NCBI GenBank assembly: GCA_964016885.1
Contig: OZ024744.1
Coordinates: 83,018,001-83,082,000 of the forward strand
Reading direction: 5' to 3'
DNA: 64,000 nucleotides
Source of the DNA: Eledone cirrhosa
Taxonomy: Eukaryota
The stretch's first letter is position 1, and the number at the start of each line of letters is the position of its first letter. Shown one piece after another: positions 13,704 to 27,415 of this stretch. The translations under genes were made by a program, and so were the position numbers. The notes under the pieces are model-generated. The model saw only the letters and a program-made list of their open reading frames with translations, was not told the DNA's origin and searched no databases.

Positions 13704-14902
13704 ATTATCATCTTATCAATAAGTAACTGGTCCTTTGTACCACATGACTTCTTTCGGCATCCTTTCTGTTCGTCCGGTAACAAGTTGTTTGTGTGGAGGT
13801 GATGGTAGATTTCCTCAGACATAATGCTTGTCAACAGTTTCCACATTACGGACAGACATGTGATAGGTCTATAGTTGGTAACATCAGTACCCTTGATTCG
13901 GTCTTTCATTATCAGAACTGTGGTACCTTTTGTCAACCACTCTGGTACCTCACCTGACATCAAGCAGTCATTGAACATGTTTGTCAGTTTCGGGTGGAGG
14001 GATGTTATATTTTTAATCCAATACCCCTGCACACCATCTGAGCCTTGTGATTTCCAGTTGGTTAGTTTTTTGGCCTGCCCCTTAAGAGTTTCAACTGTGA
14101 TACTCAAATCAGTTTGTTGGTGTGCCTGTTCACTAATCTCCTTCTGTACTGTCTCAATCCACACTGCCTGGTCATTATGTTTAACATCCTGCTCCCATAT
14201 TCCTCTCCAGAATGTTTTAGTTTGTTCCGCCTCAGGGATCAAGTCGTTGCCTCTTTCTTTCCCTTCAAGCTATCCAAACAGCATCTTCTGGTTGTTGTCG
14301 AACATGCGGTTCTGTCTATACTGACTGACTCTGTTCTCGTATCGCCTGATTTTTGCACTCTTTGCTACAGTGCGTTGCTTCAGTTCCTCTATGATAATAT
14401 TTAGCTTTTTCCTCCTAGTTTTGTACTTTATTGCCAGTCTATTTTTAGTGTCTATGTTTTTTAGTGTCCCATTCAGTAGGGACTCAAGCTTTCCAACGTC
14501 ATTTCTCATTTCCCTGATTTGACCACTCAGTCGTTTCTTCCACCAAGGCTCTGCTCTTTCTTGTCTGTTGTTTCCTCTCGCTTTTATACCAAGTAGTTTC
14601 CTCACCATATTTGCTGTTGCTTTGAGGATATTGTTGCATTGGTGAAGGCTCCTCGCCTCAAGGTATGGGATGACTTTGTTTACCTTAGCTGTTGTTTCTT
14701 TTAACTTTTTCCTGTCTACAAACCTTAGCTGTTGTTTCTTTTAACTTTTTCCTGTCTACAAATCTTAGGTTCATAGGTCTCCAACTATCATTGTTCAATT
14801 CATCTACCACTAAGTTTAGGATATCAACCAAATCTTGTCCTAGCCCGTCAGCATTCATCTCCTCAGTGGCCGTATCTCTGTTCCAGGTATTATTTATCTC
14901 AG

Positions 14903-15085
14903 GTGGTGGATTGGCAGTATCGGTAGAGGGTCGGACGCCATGCTTTCCAGCATAGTTACGTCCCTTTACGATCTGAGTTCAAATTCCGCCGAGGTTGACT
15001 TTGCCTTTCATCCTTACGGGGTCGATAAAATAAAGTACCAGTAATGCACTGGGTGATTGCTGGCCTTGTGCCTAAAGTAGAAACA
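14903..15085 (+). mobile_element. Full-length SINE inside LINE copy B
   Basis: 14-bp TSD attatttatctcag (14889-14902/15086-15099); A and B boxes. Confidence 0.9.
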
Positions 15086-17096
15086 ATTATTTATCTCAGC
15101 ATTCAGATCAATGTCTGCTTCGGGTGGTTCCTCCGTTCTCTCGACCTCTTCACCTTCATTTCCCACTGGCTCGTTTGCCTGGCATACTCCACTCTCCATC
15201 TCTAAGCTAATCTCTCTGCTCAGTTCCTCCAGTTCCTCCAGTTCCAGCTCGCTTATCCACCAATTAGTTCTTATTACCCGAGCCTGCCCGGCCAATTTTT
15301 GTTCATCTAATTTAAATAGGCCAATCTCGTTCCAGATGTTATGCATCCGTTTCCTACAGCCTTTCTCCTTGGGGTTCCTCTTCAGGTAACATTGCATAAC
15401 AGTTCTATTCAATTCTTTCGTCCAGTTGGTTCTGGTCCCTTTCCTTCTTCTTCTTCCTCCGACACCAGCAGTATTAGGTTGACAGCCAGGTCCCTGCTGC
15501 TGAGCCAGGGAGCACCTGTTGGGTGAGAGTCTGTCACATGAGATTCTAGTCTCCATTACACCGTTATTCGAACTGTTTAGATTCGACATTTAAACACTCT
15601 TATCGAGGATTGGCGAATGTATGGTTACATAACCACCGGTAAATTTATCATCTCCGGTGGTTTCGTCACTCCACATAATTTTTGTGTGGCATTATCACGC
15701 TATAGACGAACACAAATAAACAAACAAACAAACAGGCAAAAAACCTCCCAAAAAATGAATAAGCATAAGTTTCATTGTAATGTAGTGTTTGAATGTCTGA
15801 CTTAGTTTTTCCCTTCCCTTTTCTGTCCGTCTGTTTATTTTTCTCTTCATTCTTATTTTCTTTACGTTTTTCGTTGTTGCTGTGCTGCTTTTATTTTTAT
15901 TTTTATTTTTTTTTTAATTTCGACGCGTCATCAATTCAGTCTATTTATATATTTTGATGCCTTCCTCTTTTAGTGTGGATTCTACAATGTAGCAGGGGGC
16001 AGCGGGAGAGAATAGCGGCGGTAGTGATAATGAGGCAGTGGTGGTGGTGGTGGTGGTGGCGGTGCTGTGCTAGCAGCAACTAGCAGGAGGTAGTGGGAGA
16101 GAATAGCGTCGGTAGCGATAATGAGGCAGTGGTGGTAGTGATGTGTTCGCATTACTGTAGTGATGGTGTTGAAGTTGGAGTAGAAATAGCGGTCGAGTCG
16201 AGTCGACTTGACCAGAGTTTTGATCGTGGTAGTGGTGGTGGTGTTGGTGGTGAAATTATCTTTAGTTATTTAGTCATTTTGTCATTTTGTCATTTTCCTC
16301 CTTTTCGACTCTAACATTCCTGATCCAAAATTAAATATTAATCTTGTTTATTAATATTGTCTAGTGATACCGTCATCTTCCCCTTTCGTAAGTTAACAGA
16401 AGGTAATGGGTGGATAGCGGTGGTAGCAATGAAGGAGTGGTGGTGGCGGTGATAGGATAGTGGTAGTAATGATGGATGGGCGGCGGCGGCGCTGACTGTA
16501 GTGATGGCGTTGTCGTTACTGAGTTTTGTTAAATAGACTGTATTTTTGTTTGATCGGAGAATCTATGGGGCTAGACGCGTATATGTGTTGACATATTTCC
16601 TTGATATTGGAATTAAACATTTTGTTATTAAACATTTTGTTAAATCTTGAGACAATAATAATAGTAATTATTTTTATTATGCTGAGATTGGTGGTGGTGG
16701 TGGTGAAATTGCCGTTATCTGGCTGTTGTGTTTAGTGTACACAGAGGGGTGATGGGGTAGGTGGTGTATCTAGTTTCTGGTGTTGGTGAAATTGCTGTTA
16801 TTTGACTGTTCTATATAGTGTAGACAGAGGGGGTTTTCTTCCATTTATAACCATTTTCTTTTTTGAATATAAAATGTATAATACAAAATTGAATATTCGA
16901 GCGATATAACAATATATTATGGATCCGAATTTTTTTGGGACTCAAGCCGGATGCTTTATGCAACATTTGTACTAAGAATTGTTATTTCACAATTGATTTA
17001 AATATGTTAAAAAATCGAAACTTACGGGAGCGATTTCACGACCTTCTATACACCACGTGCGTCTTCTTCCCTTATTATTATTACTATTATTATTAC

Positions 17097-17126
<30 letters not shown>

Positions 17127-17128
<2 letters not shown>

Positions 17129-17398
17129 CTTGAATCTCAGTCATTGATGTTGGTTAACTGGAAAGTCCGTTGGAATGAATATCAAGCCACTACCTGCAGC
17201 CTCAGATATTCAGGACGTATCGGAGGGTTCTTGCTGTTCCCAGCAAGCATGCCTTTTGAAGCGTTCCAAAAAGCGTGAAGGGGCCGATTTTCTTCAACCA
17301 TCCCTGGAAACTTTTTGAGATAGTCCCCAGTGCGCCTATGACAATCGGGATCACTTTGACTTCATGGCATTTTCAAATCCTTTTTACCTCCCACTTTA
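17127..17398 (-). mobile_element. R4/Dong LINE 3' fragment (copy C)
   Basis: Same 3' end as copies A and B; flanked by (TTA)n. Confidence 0.9.
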
Positions 17399-17433
17399 TA
17401 TTATTATTATTATTATTATCATTATTGTTGTTA

Positions 17434-20185
17434 TTCCTTGAATCTCAGTCATTGATGTTGGTTAACTGGAAAGTCTGTTGGATTGAATATCAAGCCACTA
17501 CCTGCAGCCTCAGATATTCAGGACGTATCGGAGGGTTCTTGCTGTTCCAAGCAAGCATGCCTTTTGAAGCGTTCCAAAAAGCGTGAAGGGGCCGATTTTC
17601 TTTAACCATCCCTGGAAACTTTTGGAGATAGTCCCCAGTGCGCCTATGACAATCGGGATCACTTTGACTTCATGGCAGTTCCAGATCCTTTTCACCTCCC
17701 ACTTTGGTCCTGGTATCGGTTAATTTTCTCCCTCTCCTTCTCTTGCACTCTCGTGTCGAACGGGCAGGCCACATCCACAATCAGACACGATCTTTTTTCT
17801 TTGTCCACAACCACCAGGTCAGGTCTATTGTGTTCCAGTTTTTTGTCCGTCTGTATCCTAAAATCCCACAGCACCTTCACCTGATTATTCTCCATCACCG
17901 CCTCTGGCCTATGCTCATACCATTTCTCAGAATGTGGTAAATTGTTTACTTTGCACAGGTGCCAGTGGATCACCCTGCCCATCACATCGTGTCTCCAGCC
18001 CTTATAGTGGGTCTGGGCTAGGTGTTTACACTCGGACACAATGTGAGCCACAGTCTCCTCTCTCTCTCCACAGATCCTGCACAGTGGGCTGGCCTCATCC
18101 TTGTAGATATGGTGCTTCAACCACTTCGTTTTGAGGGCCTGCTCCTGCGCAGCCATTAGCATTCCTTCTGTAGCCTTTTTGAGGTCTCCTCTTCTCAACC
18201 AGTTCCATGTCTGTGGATCTCTAAATTCAGTTTTCTCAAAGAAGGTACTATGAAGGGATTTTCCCTTAAGGCTGCTCTTCCTCCTTGATGTTATTTCCTC
18301 CTTGGACATCCCCTGGCCTACTGTCCCCTCCTTCAGTACAGTTCTGAGCATTGGCTCCTTACTATAGGTCACGTATTTGTATAGGTTGTTTTTCTCCATC
18401 TGAACACAGTCCTCTATGCTGATAAGACCTCTTCCACCCTCAGATCTCCTTAGGTAGAGTCTATCGACATCACTCCTCTTGTGGAACATGTTGTAGATAG
18501 TCAATAGCTTCCTAGTCTTCCTATCCATTTCTTTTTGTTCAGCAACATTCCATCTCAGAATTCCCGCACTGTACCTAATAATAGACACAGCTCGGGAATT
18601 TACTGCGCTTATGGCATTTCTGCTGTTCAGATGTGACTTCAATACGCTCCTTACTCTCCGAATGTATTCAGTTCTTAACAATTCCTTCATTTTTTTGTTC
18701 TTTATGCCATCAGCCTCCAGAACGCCCAAATACTTGTATCCTTCCTCAGAGTCAATTTCCTTTATCATCTCACCTGTTGGTATCTGGATCCCGTTACTTC
18801 TGCTCAACCTACCCCTCTTCATCACAATGACTCCACATTTACCAATACCAAACTGCATACATATATCACTGCTGAAAATACGGACAGTGTCAACAAGCAC
18901 ATCCAACTCCTTCTCACTTTTCCCGAAGAGCTTAAGATCGTCCATGAAGAGGAGGTGATTGATGGTAAGCTCTCCCCTTCCCAACTTGTATCCTGCTCTC
19001 ACTTTTCGCAGCATAATGGTCAAGGGCATCAGGGCAAGGACAAACAACAGAGGGGACAGGCTATCTCCCTGGAAGATACCTCTCTTGATCTTCACGCTTC
19101 CCAAGGATACTCCAGTTGATGTCAACTCTGTCTCCCAGGACCCCATACTCCTGCCTAGCAACTGTCTGATGTTATCTGCCACCTTGAAGATCTCCAGGCT
19201 TTTGGTGATCCAGGAATGGGGCACCATGTCAAATGCCTTTCTGTAGTCTATCCATCCCATGGCAAGATCAGTGTGTCTCCTCCTGCAATTCCCCATTACC
19301 ATCTTATCAATAAGTAACTGGTCCTTTGTACCACGTGACTTCTTTCTGCATCCTTTCTGTTCGTCCGGTAACAAGTTGTTTGTGTGGAGGTGATGATAGA
19401 TTTCCTCAGACACAATGCTCGTCAACAGTTTCCACATTACGGACAGACATGTGATAGGTCTATAGTTGGTAACATCATTACCCTTGATTCGGTCTTTCAT
19501 TATCAGAACTGTGGTACCTTTTGTCAACCACTCTGGCACCTCACCCGACACCAAGCAGTCATTGAACATGGCCGTCAGCTTCGGGTGGAGGGATGTTAAA
19601 TGTTTAATCCAATACCCCTGCACACCATCTGGGCCTGGTGATTTCCAGTTGGTTAGTTTTTTGGCCTGCCCCTTAAGAGTTTCAACTGTGATACTCAACT
19701 CAGTTTGTTGTTGTGCCTGCTCACCGATCTCCCTCTGTACTGTCTCAATCCACCCTGCCTGGGCATTGTGTCTAACATCCTGCTCCCATATTCCTCTCCA
19801 GAATGTTTTAGTTTGCTCCGCCCCAGGGATCAAGTCGTTGCCTCTTTCTTTCCCCTCAAGTTGTCCAAACAGCATCTTCTGGTTGTTGTCGAACATGCGG
19901 TTCTGTTTATACTGACTGACTCTGTTCTCGTATCGCCTGATTTTTGCACTCTTTGCTACAATGTGTTGCTTCAGTTCCTCTATGATAATATTTAGCTTTT
20001 TACTCCTAGTTTTGTATTTTATTTCCAGTCTATTTTTAGTGCCTATGTTTTTTAGTGTCCCATTCAGTAGTGACTCAAGCTTTCCTATGTCATTTCTCAT
20101 TTCCCCGATTTGCCCACTCAGTCGCTTCTTCCACCACGGCTCTGCTCTTTCTTGTCTGTTGTTTCCTCTCGCTTTTATACCCCGC

Positions 20186-20188
<3 letters not shown>
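17434..20188 (-). mobile_element. 5'-truncated R4/Dong LINE (copy D)
   Basis: Close homolog of copy B; (TTA)n on both sides. Confidence 0.92.
17692..20100 (-). CDS. R4/Dong RT, CCHC and restriction-like endonuclease ORF (802 aa, frameshifted near the C-terminus)
   Basis: KSPGPDG, NYRPITCL, WIDYRKAFD, QGDSLSP, FMDDLK, CRIC..H....C, RHD, RPDLVV..DVACP; a 1-bp deletion near 17706 separates the C-terminal 17510-17695 ORF. Confidence 0.9.
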   Translation of the reverse strand: MRNDIGKLESLLNGTLKNIGTKNRLEIKYKTRSKKLNIIIEELKQHIVAKSAKIRRYENRVSQYKQNRMFDNNQKMLFGQLEGKERGNDLIPGAEQTKTFWRGIWEQDVRHNAQAGWIETVQREIGEQAQQQTELSITVETLKGQAKKLTNWKSPGPDGVQGYWIKHLTSLHPKLTAMFNDCLVSGEVPEWLTKGTTVLIMKDRIKGNDVTNYRPITCLSVMWKLLTSIVSEEIYHHLHTNNLLPDEQKGCRKKSRGTKDQLLIDKMVMGNCRRRHTDLAMGWIDYRKAFDMVPHSWITKSLEIFKVADNIRQLLGRSMGSWETELTSTGVSLGSVKIKRGIFQGDSLSPLLFVLALMPLTIMLRKVRAGYKLGRGELTINHLLFMDDLKLFGKSEKELDVLVDTVRIFSSDICMQFGIGKCGVIVMKRGRLSRSNGIQIPTGEMIKEIDSEEGYKYLGVLEADGIKNKKMKELLRTEYIRRVRSVLKSHLNSRNAISAVNSRAVSIIRYSAGILRWNVAEQKEMDRKTRKLLTIYNMFHKRSDVDRLYLRRSEGGRGLISIEDCVQMEKNNLYKYVTYSKEPMLRTVLKEGTVGQGMSKEEITSRRKSSLKGKSLHSTFFEKTEFRDPQTWNWLRRGDLKKATEGMLMAAQEQALKTKWLKHHIYKDEASPLCRICGEREETVAHIVSECKHLAQTHYKGWRHDVMGRVIHWHLCKVNNLPHSEKWYEHRPEAVMENNQVKVLWDFRIQTDKKLEHNRPDLVVVDKEKRSCLIVDVACPFDTRVQEKEREKINRYQDQSGR

Positions 20189-20276
<88 letters not shown>

Positions 20277-21280
20277 TTGGACGCACATGTTAGAAGACGC
20301 ACAAGACTGCGGGGGAAAAGGTTCGTAACCTTAAGCTGTTTTAAAGTATAATTTTTTGTATTTTCTTGTCGTTAACGAAACATAAGGTACCCATCTTGGT
20401 TTCAAGGGGGGATACCTCTCAATATTCGGGCTTTAAGCCGGAATATTCAGATTTATTTTTAAAAACTTCGAAAAAATCGCCCCCCTCCCCCCAATGGAAA
20501 ATTTCGACCTTGAAACGGTAAACAACGTTCAGGTCAAAGGTTTAAAAGCAGCCACTGTAGATTTCACCAAGACTACGATGGCTACAGTCGTTCCTGTCGT
20601 CCACTCCACTGAATGTGAAGGCAAAACTCAAAAGCTACCATCAGAACCTTCTGTGTTAGCAGCAGTATCATCTGAAAACGATATCACCACCACCACCACC
20701 ACAACAACAACACCAATAACAACAGCAAGAACGACAACACCAACAACAAGAGCATTAGAGGCACCACATTTGCTGCAGCAGCAGCAAAAACAAAGCACTT
20801 ATTGGATATTGATATTAGCGATAAAGACGAACAGTTGGCCCAGGCGTGGAGGCTAATTAAACGGGAGAAGTCCTGGGTAAACCTGACCATCCCGACGGGG
20901 CAATAGCGGCCATGCAAAGGAGGACGGTGTACTTTCGATGCATTTCGGTGCAGACACGAAAAGTGGAACTTGCAGCCACGCAGAGGTCGAGGCTGCTTTG
21001 GAGTGCTTCGGAAGAGACATACTCTATGTCACTTGCGATGCACTTCAATTCTCAGACCGTGTGATATAGACCTCAACGGTCGACTTACAATGGATATGTT
21101 ATTAAAGGCACACTATAATTTATTATCATTGAAATATATATAATAAAATAAATATGATGCTATAGTGATATATTTTCCATTTATAACTATTATATTACTC
21201 CAGATAAAAATATTTCTATAGAGTGCTTCAAATCTGTTATGAACGTAATTCTGTTGAATTAACGACGCATATAACTCATT

Positions 21281-21335
<55 letters not shown>

Positions 21336-21475
21336 CAACACTACTGTGTTTTTTTTGCAAAATGACAATAATTTTTTTTTTTTAAATTGTAATGTAATGC
21401 TCAGAAGTATTTTTCTTAGACCTTAATATTTGTAACTGACTACTAAACTGAAATATATATATATATATATGTAAC

Positions 21476-23015
21476 GTGATTCAACCCTCCCCCAATGCCG
21501 AGGTTGCAGCACCAATTGGGAAGATCTTTTTTAGAATCCTCGACAAACACTTCCCACCACAACACCGCTACCACAATATCATCAACAGAAACACTGTCAA
21601 ACTCTCCTACAGCACTACACCCAAGTTTGCACAAAACATCACTTCTTCAAACAACAAGAAACTCCTCTCTAAGAGAAGAAACAACAACGATATCAGTGGA
21701 GAGCAAACTAGGAGGTGTAACAGTCCGGATAGATCATCGTGCCCTCCTCAACAACAAATGCTGAGAATGTAAAGTGTTCTACCAGTGCAATGTGAGGACC
21801 GAAAACTCCAATAAAGCCTACATCATATTAACCGCCTGCTATTTTAAGATCCGGTATTACCAACACCAACATACATTTAGAAACTCGGCCCGGTGACACG
21901 GAACAGCACTTTCTGGCCATATATGTGACCCCCAAGACAAGAACATCACCTATCATCTAAGTTGGAGCATACTTCCAAGGGAAATACTTACTCGGAATGA
22001 CGCCGTCCGTGTAATTTATGCTCGGAGGAAACGATCCAAATGCTGTTTGCTAAGGACCAACTCTTAAAAAAAAAGATGAACTTGTTACCTCATATAAACA
22101 AAGAAAGCGTACGACATGCCTTACCTTCAGACCCTTTCACGACCCGGGTGGGTAAACCTCGACCGTAACTTTTTCCTATTTGTAGACTAATATAGAGGAA
22201 ATCCCAAGCATACTTAGGTAGAAGTAGAAATTTTCTTTTTTTCTTTTTTCTTCCCCTTTTTCTTCTCTTACCTTTTTCTTCTTTATTAGTTACTCACTCT
22301 AATTACACTTAGGTGGCTCATCGCTTATCTGCACTATTATATTCAGCTTCATTCTTCCTTAGATTAACCCCAGTATTTCCACCCCTGTTAAATATATATA
22401 TAGCACCGGCCGAACTTAAATCCAAGGTTTTCTCTTTCTAGGAGGGGGCATCACTATGGACGATAATTTTGATAAATTTCTACCTTGAGATGCTGTTTTA
22501 GTGTATTGGACGAACAAATAGCTAAATTCTTATTAATTTGGAATTTTGTATTAAACTATATATGCTTTGCTTTCTAGCTAACGTTTGATCTATTAATTCT
22601 ACGATATGCCTTGTTTATCATACGTTCTTCCCCCCCCCCCCCCTTTAGGGATAGCTGTATAGAATTCTCTCTTAACGCATGACTGGCCTGCATCCACAGG
22701 CCAGATTGTAATCTTACCCCCCCCCTGTTCTGCAGGAAAGTTCAGCCACCCCAACCCCACCCGCCGTTATGAAGGAATATAACTGTATTTACAAAACTCT
22801 TTGACCACTCCCCGTGATAGACATGAAAAACAAGAACTCTTAGAATTGTTAGATATGATAATAATAATACTACTACCCTCTCATTCCATGCCCATATAAG
22901 GAATTACTCCTTGATAAGTTCAGCTAGACTACTACCGTCCTGACACTACTGCGTTAGTTCAGACCTAACTGTCGAAACAACCGGAGTTCAGCTGTTGGGG
23001 TCCTGAATCTTTTCC
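21476..23015 (+). mobile_element. 5'-truncated Penelope-like element (PLE-2): GIY-YIG relic plus 3' tail
   Basis: FNPP..IGKIFFRILDKHFPPQHRYHNIINRNTVKLSYS, homologous to PLE-1; the tail matches 56145-56455(-). Confidence 0.85.
22906..23001 (+). ncRNA. Hammerhead ribozyme in PLE-2 tail (U3-A8 variant, partly decayed)
   Basis: actcc-TTGATAA-g..cagctag..ctaactgtc-GAAA-stem III-TT-ggggt. Confidence 0.6.
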
Positions 23016-23059
23016 TATATATATATAACAAAAAGTTATCGCTCTACATGACTGAATAC

Positions 23060-23326
23060 AATAAATGAAATCTGAATTTTTCGAAAATTAGTAATAATAT
23101 TCGATTCGTTTGCAATTATGCAAACAGCCTTATTTAACCCATGTCAATAGAATGAGCCCCTCATTCTTTCTTTTGTGTTGGCATGTAAACAGAACTGCAT
23201 GTTACATGCCAGCACAAGAGCAAGAATGATGGGCTCATTCTATTGACATGGGTTAAATAAGGCTGTTTGCATAATTGCAAACGAATCGAATATTATTACT
23301 AATATTCGAAAAACTCAGATTACATT

Positions 23327-23330
<4 letters not shown>
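23060..23330. mobile_element. Fold-back of the 57705 HHR family 3' segment
   Basis: Inverted arms ~23060-23187/23203-23330; homologous to 57887-58030. Confidence 0.8.
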
Positions 23331-23402
<72 letters not shown>

Positions 23403-23410
<8 letters not shown>

Positions 23411-23590
23411 TTCTACAGGACTAGAACTGTTTCATTCGTGAGAAATCATCAGGAAGCTTCCTGATGATTTCTCACGAATGAAACAGTTCTAGTCCTGTAG
23501 AAGCTCTTCTATATTAAAACTTTTATACTCTGCTATGTATTGAGTACCTTACTTACTGTGGTTACCTCCGATTCAACCCGGAATTACTTA
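23403..23590. mobile_element. HHR element with a perfect 108-bp palindrome (23403-23510)
   Basis: Arms checked base by base; related copies at 10177, 52268, 58410 and 60045. Confidence 0.85.
23455..23505 (+). ncRNA. Type I hammerhead ribozyme (mirror copy 23408-23458 on - strand)
   Basis: agcttc-CTGATGA-tttc tcac gaat-GAAA-cag ttctagtc ctg-TA-gaagct. Confidence 0.8.
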
Positions 23591-24559
23591 TATATATATA
23601 TATACACACACACACATACGTACATACACAAAAACACACACACACACAAACACACATATATATATATTCATATATATATATATGTATCTGTGTGTGTAGG
23701 GGGGGGGGGTTATGTGTATGTATTATTGTATGTATATATTGGCTATCTTTTATAGTAAATCGACCACCGTCATCATCAAATGACTTTCGTTTTTATTTAT
23801 AAAACAAAATATTCAACATACTATTCCGGTTAGTAAACTGCCAAGTCATTAATAGAATTGTTAGAAAATAGAATTGTCAGTGTTGTATGGTATTAAAATC
23901 CTGAACGTTACTCCGTTTCACATACATTTTTGAAGTCTTTTTCATGTATGCCTTCGCTAAATCTGTGGATTATCACAAACTAATTGTGTGTGGTTGGATC
24001 ATATTCTAGCAACATACTTTCGCCGGCTGAATAACCATTAATTCAGAAATTGAATTTAAAAATTGAAATAAGAGTTGTAGTACAGGTAGGGCAATATGGG
24101 AAGTCGAAAAGAGCATTGGAAATTGCTATACACAATACTTATATATTTTCACACACAACAGTAGTACGTACACAAAAAATACCGAAAAAACTTGCCGGCT
24201 GAAAATTTTACAAAAACATCTGGTGTCAGTTAATATAATCATTAGCAATTACCGATGCATTATCTATTTATTAACCAATATCGGAACTTAAAGAGCGAAG
24301 GTGTATCAGAAGTCGCCCTTTGATAACGCCGTACATTGGAGTTTCATGATGATGGGAGCGATGTTTATTTAACAATATAGCAATGAAACAATACTGAAAA
24401 ATAATTGACTGAGAAAAAAAAAATATATATATATACGAGTGTGTTCCTCAAATTTGAACCCAGCATCCAGCTGTAATAATTTCTTCTCATATATGAAATG
24501 TTTGAAGATATATTGTTTTCTAATACTATTCCTATAATCATAAAGAATAACACACATAC

Positions 24560-26090
<1,531 letters not shown>

Positions 26091-26457
26091 ATGTATCAAG
26101 ATATAAATTATTGATAATATTGTTGATAATAGTAAGAAGTTATATCACTATATGATGCTGGGAAAGTGCTATCTGAGGGAGAGTTTAGTGGAAGTTTTAT
26201 CTCAGAGGATTATTAACAATTAAGATAATTTTACTTCTTAACGAATAAATAAATAAATAAATAACGTCTTCTGCAAGATAAGAGTTTTTTTTTTTTTCTT
26301 CTTCTGCTGAAGGGTTTAACTTTCAGCTTGATAGGAAATTCTACATCTGCGATTACCATTCATTGCTACTTATATTTTATACATACACGCATTTAATACA
26401 TACTTCTTACATAAATACATATATACTATGAGTGTGTGTGAATATGCATACATATTC

Positions 26458-26513
<56 letters not shown>

Positions 26514-26588
26514 TTTTCCGTTTATATATGTATATATATATATATTTTTTTTTTTTAATATGTATATAGAAAGTGTTGAGAGTGGGGG

Positions 26589-26695
<107 letters not shown>

Positions 26696-26905
26696 ATGTA
26701 TGTACGTATGTATATATATATATTATATTATATATATAATTATATGTATGTATGTATGTATACCCCCACTCTCAAGCGTGAACCTAATATTAACACTTTG
26801 TACTGCCTCTTGGCTTTGTTTTTTTTTTTTTTTTCTGTTTTAACTATAATATATATATACGCGTATATATATATCTATATTTATAAATACTCTATATATA
26901 TGTAC

Positions 26906-26940
<35 letters not shown>

Positions 26941-27415
26941 TATATATATGCACATTTATATAAGCTCGCGCGTGTATGTGAGTACATAAGTGGTTGTCCG
27001 CACAACCAAGTGTTTAAGTAGCTTATTTTACAAATCTTGAGTTCGATCCCACTCAGTGATATCTTTTGAAAGTGTCTTCTACCATAGCTAAGAAAAGACC
27101 AAAGCTATACTAGTGATATCAGGATGACTGCACAATATGGAAGCCGGCTGGATAGCCAGTGCTTTTAATTGAAATGACCAGCTTTGTAGTAATCTTTTCC
27201 GCTGTTTTCTGTCCGAGTATTTCGTTCACTGTCTGTGAAATACGGTGTCATTTCTACATCAATGTGTATAGAGTTCAGTAAAAAAAAAAAAAAAAAAAAA
27301 AGAAACAAACAAACAAAAATAAAATAAAATACAATCTGATGTACAATAAGCGTGAAACAAATAACCCATCAGGGAAACCGACTGAAATCCATTTCACTAT
27401 TTGGCTTTTACCATA

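Larger units (their letters stand above)
11732..15700 (-). mobile_element. Near full-length R4/Dong LINE (copy B), disrupted
   Basis: ORF pieces 15014-15589, 14270-14608, 13598-14242, 12504-13601, 11808-12419 give RT (QGDSLSP, FMDDLK), CCHC and PD..D RLE; stop codons, a 40-bp duplication near 14682 and two SINE inserts; 5' boundary approximate. Confidence 0.9.

Noticed and set aside
12910-19995. Plus-strand ORFs overlapping the LINEs
   Set aside because: Antisense shadows of the RT frame
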